From Aeropyrum pernix K1 (lineage in GTDB: Archaea > Thermoproteota > Thermoprotei_A > Sulfolobales > Acidilobaceae): DNA of 32,000 nucleotides. This document shows, one piece after another, positions 9,211 to 18,147 of the stretch; within the stretch, counting starts at the first letter, position 1; every line of letters starts with the position of its first letter. The notes under the pieces were generated by a model. The model was given only the letters and a program-made list of their open reading frames with translations, had not been told where the DNA came from and did not search any database. Both the position numbers and the translations under genes were made by a program. Location: NCBI RefSeq assembly GCF_000011125.1, contig NC_000854.2, positions 1,080,001 through 1,112,000 on the forward strand, in the 5' to 3' direction.

Positions 9211-9828
9211 CTAGCCCGCAGTCTTAACCGCGAGGAGCAGGCCAGCAGGGGTGGGCAACACCACAGGTTTCCACGGCCTTTTGGAGACCATGTCGAAAAA
9301 CAAGGGTGGAGGAGGTGGTTGGAACGCGTTGTAGAAAGCTGCCACACCTCCGGCTGTAAGCAGGTTTTCAAGCCTCTCTAGAGCTTCGGGATAGTCACCC
9401 TTTTCAATATCAACGAATGCCATATCGAAGACCTCCCTACCCTTCTCTTCAAGCCTTGAGAAATAGTCAAGCGCATCACCCGACACCACCTCAAACTCTA
9501 TCCTGCCCCTAAACATAGCCTCAACCTCCCTTAGATTTCTCGACAGGATGCTTGCCAGTTCAACATCATACTCGATAGCCACTATCTTGCAAGTTATATC
9601 GGTGCATCTGTGATAGGCGCCATACGCTATCCAGATTGTAGAATAGCCGATGCCAGCCCCCGCGTCTACATAGGAACCTGTCCCGCCGCCTACGTAGAAG
9701 GCTGCAGAAGAGAGTATGAGCCCGTCCTCAGGGTCTATAGCCGGGATACCCAGTTCAACGCTTTCCCTTCTAATCCTCTCGGACAACATATTAAACCGCC
9801 TAGCTATATCGAGCATCCGAACGGCCAC
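9211..9828 (-). CDS. Class I SAM-dependent methyltransferase (O-methyltransferase-like)
   Basis: SAM-binding motif YVDAGAGIGYSTIWIAYGA, acidic residue in IVAIEYD, then FDMAFVDIEKGDY. Confidence 0.8.
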   Translation of the reverse strand: MAVRMLDIARRFNMLSERIRRESVELGIPAIDPEDGLILSSAAFYVGGGTGSYVDAGAGIGYSTIWIAYGAYHRCTDITCKIVAIEYDVELASILSRNLREVEAMFRGRIEFEVVSGDALDYFSRLEEKGREVFDMAFVDIEKGDYPEALERLENLLTAGGVAAFYNAFQPPPPPLFFDMVSKRPWKPVVLPTPAGLLLAVKTAG

Positions 9829-9983
9829 CCCACAAACACCTAGCCCAAGTCTCCACGGTCATAACGTGCTAGCCCAATGTATTATGGTATACTCAGACGG
9901 CTGCTTGGAGCATTGTAAGTCATACATGATTTAAATAATAAATGTATATATTCAAAACATGATGATATCTTAATTGTCCAGCC

Positions 9984-9992
9984 ATATTTAAA
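9984..9992 (+). promoter_or_regulatory. Putative TATA box for the Rieske-cytochrome b genes
   Basis: ATATTTAAA within the AT-rich intergenic region, about 40-50 nt upstream of the TTG start at 10031. Confidence 0.5.
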
Positions 9993-10030
9993 CCTTGCAC
10001 AGGCTGATTAGAGCGCCGGGGGGCTAGAGT

Positions 10031-10828
10031 TTGGCTATTAAACTGAGGAGAAGGGATTTTCTAAAGCTTGTGGGGGCTGCTGGTGTTGCAGTATCAATTA
10101 TTGGCGTCGTGCCACCTATAGTTAGGTACACTGTCCCACCTATACTCCGGGGGGAGATGCCTAGGAGCAAACTGGTGTGGGAGGACTGTAGCCCTGTCAA
10201 AGCATCAGAGCTTGAGGCCAACACACACTACCTCTTTTACTATCCTCTGGTGGATACAATAAATACCCTTCTCAAGCTTGAAACGCCCAGTGGAAAGCCC
10301 ATCAGGATACCGGAGATGAGGATTCCCAGCCAAATGAACCCAGCCATGGAGCCTCCGGCTTGGCTCGACGGCGATTTAAGTGAAAATGAGATAAAGAGGC
10401 TTGAAGAGATATCCACGGGGGGCGGTTTCTTCATATACCCCCCGGGCGTAGGGCCCGACGGGAATATAGTAGCCTACAACCTCATATGCCAGCATCTAGG
10501 CTGTCCCTACCCGGCACTCAGGTACTACCCGCCAGGGACACCCATAACAACTAACCCTCCAGAGGTGGGTGCCAACGGCGGCGTGCTACACTGCATGTGC
10601 CACGGATCAGCATACGACCCAGCCAGGGGCTCAATAGTGCTGACACCACCCACCGTCAAGCCGCTGCCCGCTATAAAGCTGGAGTGGGATCAGAATACCG
10701 ACGAGCTGTATGCCGTCGACGTGGTAGGGCCCACAATACTGGGCAAGGTCTGCAACACATGCGGAAAGCTCGTTGGCTCCACTGTTGTAGTGGGCGTAAA
10801 CAAGGAGCCCAAGAAAGTTCAGTGTTGA
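10031..10828 (+). CDS. Rieske 2Fe-2S protein (Sox-type / bc complex), Tat-like N-terminus
   Basis: Cluster motifs CQHLGCPY and CMCHGSAYDP; N-terminus KLRRRDFLKLVGAAGVAVSIIGVV. TTG start. Confidence 0.95.
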   Translation: MAIKLRRRDFLKLVGAAGVAVSIIGVVPPIVRYTVPPILRGEMPRSKLVWEDCSPVKASELEANTHYLFYYPLVDTINTLLKLETPSGKPIRIPEMRIPSQMNPAMEPPAWLDGDLSENEIKRLEEISTGGGFFIYPPGVGPDGNIVAYNLICQHLGCPYPALRYYPPGTPITTNPPEVGANGGVLHCMCHGSAYDPARGSIVLTPPTVKPLPAIKLEWDQNTDELYAVDVVGPTILGKVCNTCGKLVGSTVVVGVNKEPKKVQC

Positions 10829-10849
10829 CGGTGTAGGGGGTGTGGAGAC

Positions 10850-12565
10850 GTGGCTGCTAGGATGTTTGTGAGGAAGGCTTGGGAGTGGATTTACGAGAGG
10901 GGCGGTCTAGGCCACCTGCCTTTCTATAGAGTCCCATATAGCTATTTCACGCTCGACATATGGCTGGGAGCTATAGTAGCCTCCAGCTTCTTCTGGCTCG
11001 CCCTGACCGGTCTATTGCTACTGTTTTACTATAGGCCTACAGACCCTCTCGAGTCGAGCAAGGCTATAATATTCGAGAGGCCCTTCGGCGCACTCCTGCT
11101 CACCAGCCACCTCTACGCAGCCCACTTCATGCTCATAGGCGTTTTCGCACACGCTTTCAGGAACCTATTCAAGGGCGTCTACAAAAGGCCTAGGGAGCTG
11201 GTGTGGATAGTTGGAGTGGCCACAGGATTCCTAGCCCTTCAGACAGCATTCTTCGGCTACAGCCTCGTTGGAGACAGGATTGCGAAGGAGGCCATAAACA
11301 TAGGGTCGGCTCTGAACCTCAGGAGCCTTGGAGAGGAGCTGGGGCTATATGTCGTTGCAATACTTTTCGGCCTAGACCCCACCGAGAGGTACTTCAGAAT
11401 CACCGCACTACACGTGCTACTCGCAGCCACGGTATTCCTACTCTTCCTACTCCACTTCGGCCTCTTCGAGGTTCACGGGCCAGCGCCTAAGGAGGAGGAG
11501 ACTGGGTGGAAGGCGGAGCCGGCGAGGATACCCCAGGATAGGAGTGACCTTGCCCCATGGTTCCCGGTAAACCTGGTGTTCATACTGGCTGTCACCCTGA
11601 TGACATGGGGGTTCATAGTCTTCACGGCTGGCATGGCGCAGAGGTTTGCAGACCTCCTGCCACCCCTGTTTAAGCCATACCCTGTTGAGGCGGAGGACTT
11701 CACGCCAATGCCCCCGTGGTTCTTCCTCTACACCTACAGGATATTCCAGATGACCTTCCTAACGCTCAGCCTGGAAAGCACTCCCCAGCTGCTCCAGTTC
11801 ATAATAGCGCTGGTACTCCCGCCGTTGATACTAATGATTATACCCTTTGTGGACAGGAAGGTTTCCACTAACCCCGTCGACAGGCCCTGGATAACCGGGC
11901 TTGGCATAATTCTGCTCACCGGCTACATGCAGCTCACAGTATGGTCCATGATAGAGCCCGGTATACCTATAAGACTAGTGCAGCTGCTCACTGTAGCGAG
12001 CCCCCCGCTAGCAGCGACAATAGTAGGCTTATACCTGCTCAGAAAGGTTAGAAGAGGTGAAGCAATAACGCCTGGAGACTTTCTCTCCTCCTCAGGCCTG
12101 CTAGTAGCGGGTACAGCCCTCCCACCACTCCTGGGCATGGCCCTTGGCGTGCCGGAGCTACACCAGGAGGTTGCCGTGGGCTTCATGGGCCTGGCGTTCG
12201 CCACCGTCATACTAGGCTGGATAGCGGCGAAGCTCAGGGTGGAGCCTGAATCCGAGCTGGAGCCAGTGCAAGACCCAGATTCCTCGATACCATGGTACCT
12301 GCTGCTAGTAGCTCTGGGCGAAGTCGGTATAGCTTCGTTCTCCCTAATAGCCCTGGCAGCTATAGCCTTCATAGACCCTGTAGGTTATGCAATGCAGGCA
12401 ACTGTCCTGACAGGGCTTCTCCTGCTGTCGGGAGGAGCGCTGGCCCACGCGCTCTTCAGGGCACTGGCAGCAGAATGGATACCCCGCGGAAATGTTGTTG
12501 ACGAGCTGAAAGTCCACTTCCTACCCTACCTAGCTCTAGCTCTAGCTGTAATCTTCGTTCTTTGA
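10850..12565 (+). CDS. Cytochrome b (bc/b6-type) of an archaeal quinol-oxidising complex
   Basis: Many TM helices; two His pairs with 14-residue spacing (SHLYAAHFMLIGVFAH and LHVLLAATVFLLFLLH); Qo-site-like PMPPWFFLYTYR; adjacent to the Rieske gene. Confidence 0.93.
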   Translation: MAARMFVRKAWEWIYERGGLGHLPFYRVPYSYFTLDIWLGAIVASSFFWLALTGLLLLFYYRPTDPLESSKAIIFERPFGALLLTSHLYAAHFMLIGVFAHAFRNLFKGVYKRPRELVWIVGVATGFLALQTAFFGYSLVGDRIAKEAINIGSALNLRSLGEELGLYVVAILFGLDPTERYFRITALHVLLAATVFLLFLLHFGLFEVHGPAPKEEETGWKAEPARIPQDRSDLAPWFPVNLVFILAVTLMTWGFIVFTAGMAQRFADLLPPLFKPYPVEAEDFTPMPPWFFLYTYRIFQMTFLTLSLESTPQLLQFIIALVLPPLILMIIPFVDRKVSTNPVDRPWITGLGIILLTGYMQLTVWSMIEPGIPIRLVQLLTVASPPLAATIVGLYLLRKVRRGEAITPGDFLSSSGLLVAGTALPPLLGMALGVPELHQEVAVGFMGLAFATVILGWIAAKLRVEPESELEPVQDPDSSIPWYLLLVALGEVGIASFSLIALAAIAFIDPVGYAMQATVLTGLLLLSGGALAHALFRALAAEWIPRGNVVDELKVHFLPYLALALAVIFVL

Positions 12566-12674
12566 CGCGGGGAGCTCCAAGCGTTTTCCCCTTTTTGACA
12601 CGTTCACAATCGTATAGCCAGGCCACGGTGTCGGGGCCATCTTTTTCTCCCCTAACAATCTAATAGCCTTCCAC

Positions 12675-13130
12675 ATGGGTTGTGAGATGGTTGAGGCGAG
12701 ACTGCTAGACGCGCTATACCTTGCTGCCCTGGCCGTGGGATGGCTTGCCAGCATAGGGGGGTTCATAGAGTTCAGGAGAAGCCTACTGGGCGGCGGCTTT
12801 GTATGTAAGGCGGATGCGAAAGGCTGGATAAACTGCAGGTCTGCCTACGTCATACCGCAGGCCTTTATAGCTGGCCGCATCCATCTTTCGGAACTAGCTC
12901 CTATATATTTCACCGCTACTCTCGCTACGGCAGTCCTTGGCGTGCTCCTGGATATCGACCTACTGGCTAAGCTTTCCTACCTGCTCGCGGCGGGAGGGGC
13001 AGCTTCTGTACCGTACCTCGTCTACCTTGAGGTGAGGGTTGCCAAGGCCATTTGCCTGTGGTGTACTATAATGCACCTCTCCATAATACTAGCCGTAGCA
13101 TCGGCTACCGCAAAGATCCTGGGAGGTTAA
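12675..13130 (+). CDS. Vitamin K epoxide reductase (VKOR) family membrane thiol oxidase
   Basis: Four-helix topology, loop cysteines in FVCKADAKGWINCRSAYV, active site AICLWCTIMH (CxxC). Confidence 0.9.
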   Translation: MGCEMVEARLLDALYLAALAVGWLASIGGFIEFRRSLLGGGFVCKADAKGWINCRSAYVIPQAFIAGRIHLSELAPIYFTATLATAVLGVLLDIDLLAKLSYLLAAGGAASVPYLVYLEVRVAKAICLWCTIMHLSIILAVASATAKILGG

Positions 13131-13176
13131 GAGCCCTGGAGGAGAATGCTGTTATATATCGGAGGTAGCTCCTATC

Positions 13177-14730
13177 ATGGCCTCCCAAAGTAGGACTACC
13201 TACATCATACTAGCCGGCGTCCTACTTGTCGCTATAATACTCGGTGCAGCCTTGTTCCTCCGCCCCGGCGGTGGAGCCGGGGAAACCACAACACCTGTAA
13301 CACCAGGGGAGACCGGTGCCGAAACCACAAAAACAACGACGAGCCCATCAACGGCTACAGAGGAAGAAACTGTAGTGGAGACCGAAACGAAGACGGAAAC
13401 CAAGACCGAGATGGAGCCTGTAGTCCTGAGGGTTCTAACCCGCCATCCAGGAGAGATACAGCTGGCTGCTAAGGAGGAGTTTCTAAAGAGCGACCTGGCT
13501 AAGAGGTATAATATTGTAGACATCAAGTTCTACTCAGTGCCGCCCGTAAGCTGGATAAGCGCTATAGAGAGTAGGGGTGATATCGATGTTGCATGGGGCG
13601 GAGGACCTACCCTCTTCGACCAGCTGTATCAGGCTGGCTACCTGGCTCCCCTTACTAGCGACACCGCCCTTGAGGCTGCAGCCCAGATCCCCGACCTCTT
13701 CGCCGGCGCTCCCATGAAGCGTACTGACTCTGAGGGGAGGATATACTGGGTGGCGGCGAGCGTCGCCAGCTTCGGCTTCACTGTAAACCATGACGTGCTT
13801 AACCAGTACAACCTCCCCGTGCCGAAGAGGTGGGCTGACCTCGCCTCACCGGTGTATGCCGAGCCCCTGGTTCTTGAGGGCAGGGAGGTTATTGCTATAG
13901 CTGACCCGACTAGGTCAACCAGCAATACGAGGATGTACGAGATAATACTCCAGGCCTACGGCTGGGAGGAGGGCTGGAGAGTTCTTACGGGTATGGCGGC
14001 TAACGCCCTGGTCGAGGGAGGCAGCGCGGAGGTTAGGGACGACGTTATACAGGGTAGGGTGGCTATAGGTATAACGATTGACTTCTACGGCTACACCGCC
14101 ATGAAAGCCAACCCGGCGACGGAGTACATCATACCCGAGGGGGAGACCATCATAAACGGCGATCCCATAGCACTCCTAACAACCTCCAAACACCCAGAGG
14201 CGGCTCAGGCATTCATAGCCTGGGTGTTGACCGAGGGCCAGAAGATCTGGTTCAGGGAAGACATTAACAGGCTGCCCTCGAACCCTAAGGCGTTCGAGCT
14301 GCCTGAGGGTAGGGAGAGGCAGGACCTCAAGGCTGTGTACGACAAGCTCTCCACGGCGAAGTCCATGGAGTTTAGCGATGAGGAGGCCCTTAAGATAGAG
14401 TCGGCCATGCAGCTCTACTTCAAGGCGACCCTGGTAGACCTCAACGGTATACTCAAGGAGGTGTGGACAACCATGGTGCAGCTTCTCATGGAGGGCAGGA
14501 TTGACGAGCAGACGTTCAACGATTATATGTCCATGCTGGGGGCGCCTCTGAAGTACGTCGACCCAGCCACGGGTGAGGAGAAGGTGTTCACAGAAGAAGA
14601 CGCTGCAAGGGTTACAAGCGTTCTCAGGGAGAACCCGAGGCTTAAGGACGCCTACATCTCGGCGTGGAGGGAGGCAGCCATAGCCAAGTACGAGTCCCTA
14701 CTCGACGAACTCTTATCGCTAGGGGGCTGA
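13177..14730 (+). CDS. ABC transporter extracellular substrate-binding protein, Fe(3+)-type
   Basis: N-terminal TM anchor, Thr/Glu linker, periplasmic-binding fold (DIDVAWGGGPTLFDQLYQAGYLAPL, DGDPIALL-like NGDPIALLTTSKHPEAAQAFIAWVL). First gene of an SBP-permease-ATPase set. Confidence 0.85.
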   Translation: MASQSRTTYIILAGVLLVAIILGAALFLRPGGGAGETTTPVTPGETGAETTKTTTSPSTATEEETVVETETKTETKTEMEPVVLRVLTRHPGEIQLAAKEEFLKSDLAKRYNIVDIKFYSVPPVSWISAIESRGDIDVAWGGGPTLFDQLYQAGYLAPLTSDTALEAAAQIPDLFAGAPMKRTDSEGRIYWVAASVASFGFTVNHDVLNQYNLPVPKRWADLASPVYAEPLVLEGREVIAIADPTRSTSNTRMYEIILQAYGWEEGWRVLTGMAANALVEGGSAEVRDDVIQGRVAIGITIDFYGYTAMKANPATEYIIPEGETIINGDPIALLTTSKHPEAAQAFIAWVLTEGQKIWFREDINRLPSNPKAFELPEGRERQDLKAVYDKLSTAKSMEFSDEEALKIESAMQLYFKATLVDLNGILKEVWTTMVQLLMEGRIDEQTFNDYMSMLGAPLKYVDPATGEEKVFTEEDAARVTSVLRENPRLKDAYISAWREAAIAKYESLLDELLSLGG

Positions 14731-14739
14731 ACCAGGGCC

Positions 14740-16524
14740 TTGTCCAGGCGGCTCGACCTAAGCGCCCTCCTCTTCACGGTATTCCCGCTGGCCTTTTTCG
14801 GCCTCCTGCTAATAGCACCTCTAGCCCTGCTCCTCTACAAGCCGCTAGTCACTCTAGTGTCTATAGACTACCCTTTGGGGGGCCTTCTAGACTATCCCTT
14901 CGTTAGCAAAAGGCCCCTGGGCTCCCACTTCAAATACATAGACCTCCCCAGCGGCCCGGACAAGCTAATAATATCTCTTAAAGACTATGGGGTTATAGTC
15001 AACACGGTTATCGTGGCAACCCTCGTGACCCTCTTCTCCACCGTCATAGGGACAGCCGCGGCACTCCTAACGTCATCATACTACTTCCCAGGGAGGGATG
15101 TAGTCAGGATAGTTATGATGCTTCCACTCCTCTACACACCCTTCGTCAACGCCTTCGTGGTCTACAACCTCTTCGGCAAAGACAACGGGGTGCTGGCCAC
15201 TATAACCGGGTCGCTATTCGGCGTATCAGTATACTTCCAGGGCCTCGCCGGTGTAATACTTACACAGACACTCATGTTCTGGCCCATAGTCTATGTGAAC
15301 GCCTTCGCCAGCATGGTGCAAATAGACCCTAGCCTCAAGGAGCAGGCGGAGAATCTGGGTGCCCGCGGGCTAAGGCTCCACAGAACCGTGACCCTACCCC
15401 TCTCAATGCCCGGTATAACGGCGGGGGCTGCACTTGTTTTCATATTCAGCATGGAGGACCTCGCCGCACCCATCGCCTTCAGAGTAGACAACGTCATCTC
15501 GAGGTGGATAGTCAACGAGATACTAGCCTCGCCTAGCGTCGAGGAGATCTCGGTGGACACCCTGATACTAGCCCTGATACTGGTCAGCACAGCAAGCCTC
15601 TGGTTTGTAACGGTGAAGAAGTATCTTAGCCTGCGCCAGTACGCCATGCTACAGAAGGGCGGTGTTAGGGAGCGCAGGCTTGAGGAGCCGGGGCCTGTGG
15701 CTAAGGCCCTCATCTACCTTATTCTGATACCCTGGATAGTGGTGAGTATTTCTCCACAGCTTGGTGTTCTGGTTTATGCTTTCAGCGAGAGCTGGATCGG
15801 CACTACACCCCAAGGCTTCACCCTAGATCATATGAGGGAGGTCCTGAGCGACAGCCGCGTGGTTAACGCTTTCAGGAACAGCGTAACCTACGCCCTACTA
15901 GCCTCCCTCATCTCTATAGTAATAGCTGTCACAACCTCGTACTCCGTTGAGAGGCTTAGGACAAGGCTCTCCGAACCCCTCGACGTGCTGGCCACGATAC
16001 CCATAGCCTTGCCCGGCCTGGCCCTGGCCCTGGGCATCTTGATAATGTTCTCCACTAGCTTCACTAGGGGCACACTGCTCGACCCCTACGAGTTCCCGGC
16101 GCTATTCCTGGTTCTAGCCTACTCCGTGAGGAAGAGCCCCTTCGCCACAAGGGCAGCCTTCGCCGGGCTTAAGCACCTCCACAAGAGTCTGGAGGAGGCT
16201 GCCATGAACCTGGGGGCCCGGAGGCTTAGGGTTATACGCGACATTACGGTGCCACTCATAGGTATCAACCTCCTTGGTGGCGTGCTGCTGACGTTCGTCT
16301 ACAGCGTTACCGAGGTCAGTACTAGCATAACGATAGGCGGGCTAAACGAGGACTACTCGCCTATAACATACATTATCTACGACTATGTAACCGGGGGTTA
16401 TGGGGGAGGAGCCTTCGTGCACCTAGCAGCCTCCATAGTCGTCATACTAATGGCTATACAGGTGGCAGCGATAACATTTGTGAACGTAGCGTTGAAGCAG
16501 AGGTACGCCTTCATAGGGGTGTGA
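14740..16524 (+). CDS. ABC transporter permease, two fused permease domains (FbpB-like)
   Basis: Two EAA-like loops (EQAENLGARGLRLHRTVTLPLSMPGI and EEAAMNLGARRLRVIRDITVPLIGINL), ~12 TM helices. Confidence 0.9.
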   Translation: MSRRLDLSALLFTVFPLAFFGLLLIAPLALLLYKPLVTLVSIDYPLGGLLDYPFVSKRPLGSHFKYIDLPSGPDKLIISLKDYGVIVNTVIVATLVTLFSTVIGTAAALLTSSYYFPGRDVVRIVMMLPLLYTPFVNAFVVYNLFGKDNGVLATITGSLFGVSVYFQGLAGVILTQTLMFWPIVYVNAFASMVQIDPSLKEQAENLGARGLRLHRTVTLPLSMPGITAGAALVFIFSMEDLAAPIAFRVDNVISRWIVNEILASPSVEEISVDTLILALILVSTASLWFVTVKKYLSLRQYAMLQKGGVRERRLEEPGPVAKALIYLILIPWIVVSISPQLGVLVYAFSESWIGTTPQGFTLDHMREVLSDSRVVNAFRNSVTYALLASLISIVIAVTTSYSVERLRTRLSEPLDVLATIPIALPGLALALGILIMFSTSFTRGTLLDPYEFPALFLVLAYSVRKSPFATRAAFAGLKHLHKSLEEAAMNLGARRLRVIRDITVPLIGINLLGGVLLTFVYSVTEVSTSITIGGLNEDYSPITYIIYDYVTGGYGGGAFVHLAASIVVILMAIQVAAITFVNVALKQRYAFIGV

Positions 16525-16530
16525 AGAACC

Positions 16531-17607
16531 GTGGCCGGGATACGGCTCGAGAGCGTTACGAAAAGGTTCGGTAACACTGTTGCCCTTGATAGAGTGAGCC
16601 TGAATATAAGCGACGGGGAGATCTTCACCCTCCTAGGCCCCAGCGGCTGCGGAAAGACGACTACCCTAAGGGTTATAGCGGGCTTCGAGACGCCCGACGA
16701 GGGGAGGGTCTACATAGGGTCCAGGGATGTTACGATGCTGAAGCCTTATGAGAGGAACACAGCCATGGTTTTCCAAAACTACGCTCTCTGGCCCCATATG
16801 AGGGTGTTCGACAATATAGCGTACGGCCTCAAGCTCAGGAAGCTCCCTAGGAGTGAGATTGTTAGGCGTGTTAGGTGGGCTGCGGAGCTCTTGGAGATTG
16901 ACCATCTTTTGGATCGTTACCCCCACCAGCTGAGCGGGGGGCAGCAGCAGAGGGTTGCAGTGGCCAGGGCCATAGTGACGGAGCCCGAGGTCCTCCTCAT
17001 GGACGAACCCCTAAGCAACCTAGACGCCCACCTGAGGCTGAAAATGCGTGAAGAAATAGTTAGGCTTCAGAAGAGGCTCGGGGTCACCATAGTATACGTA
17101 ACCCACGACCAGGAGGAGGCCCTTAGCATAAGCCACAGAGTCGCAGTTATGAATAGGGGGAGGGTTGAGCAGGTCGGCACTCCCATGGAGGTGTACGAGA
17201 AACCGGCTACATACTTCGTTGCGACATTCATAGGCAGGTCCACCGTGCTGGATGGCAGGGTGTCTGAGGTCCTCGGCAGCGGAATGGTCAGGGTTGCCTT
17301 GGAGGGGGGATTGTCAATAGTGGGTACAGACATGGAGGGGGGTCTCAGGCAGGGTGAGAGGGTGAAGGTCGTGATAAGGCCTGAGAGGGTGAAGGTCGGC
17401 CACGAGTACAACGGGGAGAACGTGTTCGAGGGCAAAGTCTCCCTAGCCATGTTTCTCGGCTGGAGGACACAGCTCAAGGTAGAGGTTGGCGGGCAAGAGA
17501 TCACAATCTACTCAGACCCGCGTAGAGCACCCCTCCCCGGCCAGCCGGTGAGGTTCTACATAGACCCCGAAGAGGCCAAGGTCTACAGGCAGGCTGGCAG
17601 CGCCTAG
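16531..17607 (+). CDS. ABC transporter ATP-binding protein (FbpC/PotA-like)
   Basis: Walker [13 protein letters not shown], signature [14 protein letters not shown], Walker [14 protein letters not shown]-terminal TOBE-like domain. Confidence 0.95.
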   Translation: MAGIRLESVTKRFGNTVALDRVSLNISDGEIFTLLGPSGCGKTTTLRVIAGFETPDEGRVYIGSRDVTMLKPYERNTAMVFQNYALWPHMRVFDNIAYGLKLRKLPRSEIVRRVRWAAELLEIDHLLDRYPHQLSGGQQQRVAVARAIVTEPEVLLMDEPLSNLDAHLRLKMREEIVRLQKRLGVTIVYVTHDQEEALSISHRVAVMNRGRVEQVGTPMEVYEKPATYFVATFIGRSTVLDGRVSEVLGSGMVRVALEGGLSIVGTDMEGGLRQGERVKVVIRPERVKVGHEYNGENVFEGKVSLAMFLGWRTQLKVEVGGQEITIYSDPRRAPLPGQPVRFYIDPEEAKVYRQAGSA

Positions 17608-18140
17608 CATCTCCTACAAGGCTCAGGCACGCCGAGCCCAGCATCTGCCCTATCCCAGAGGATGTTCACAAGAGCCGGAGCTAGACTTGGGGGTGCCGGG
17701 GTAAAGACACGCTCCACAGCCCCCGCCTCGCTGCATAGCCCGCCGCCGTAAACCGCGCCCCTATATATTCCAAGCCTCTCAACTCCAATCCACCTACCCT
17801 CACCCTGCTCCACACAGAGCAGTCTCCCACGGCCCAAGCCGAGAAGGCTGAGAATATGATCGAAACTACCCCGAACTACCGACGCTCCAAGCGGCCTCCC
17901 CCTCAAAACAGCCTTGACCCACCCCTCCAGGCTGTCGGCGTCAGGATAGAGCCTCCTGACCTCGGAGGACCTGACTACAATCCACTTACCCCCGAGCCTG
18001 ACAGCAGCCGACACCCCCTGCCTAACCCCATGGGATAGTAGAAGGCTAGAGGATAGGAATACGCCAGCTTCGAGGGGGCTGCCCGCAGCTCCTATGTGTA
18101 CCCTGCCAACACTCCCACCAGCATCCAACCTAGAGGCCAC
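17604..18140 (-). CDS. TrmY-like (tRNA pseudouridine-54 N1-methyltransferase family), divergent and N-terminally short
   Basis: FLSSSLLLSHGVRQGVSAAVRL...VRSSEVRRLYPDADSLEGWVKAVLRG resembles the TrmY block with FLSHGIR...GSELR.LNPDERS...; C-terminal FTPAPPSLAPALVNILWD resembles the LGP.SLLA..CI.. segment. Confidence 0.55.
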   Translation of the reverse strand: MASRLDAGGSVGRVHIGAAGSPLEAGVFLSSSLLLSHGVRQGVSAAVRLGGKWIVVRSSEVRRLYPDADSLEGWVKAVLRGRPLGASVVRGSFDHILSLLGLGRGRLLCVEQGEGRWIGVERLGIYRGAVYGGGLCSEAGAVERVFTPAPPSLAPALVNILWDRADAGLGVPEPCRRC

Positions 18141-18147
18141 CCGGGCT

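Noticed and set aside
9959-10007. Box-C-like ATGATGA and box-D-like CTGA, 38 nt apart, resembling a C/D sRNA
   Set aside because: No recognisable C'/D' boxes or closing stem, and it overlaps the likely TATA box of the Rieske gene. Probably chance in AT-rich sequence.
12525-12548. Short AGCTCT tandem repeat at the end of cytochrome b
   Set aside because: Only two to three units, encodes the LALALAV helix end; explained by hydrophobic codon usage.
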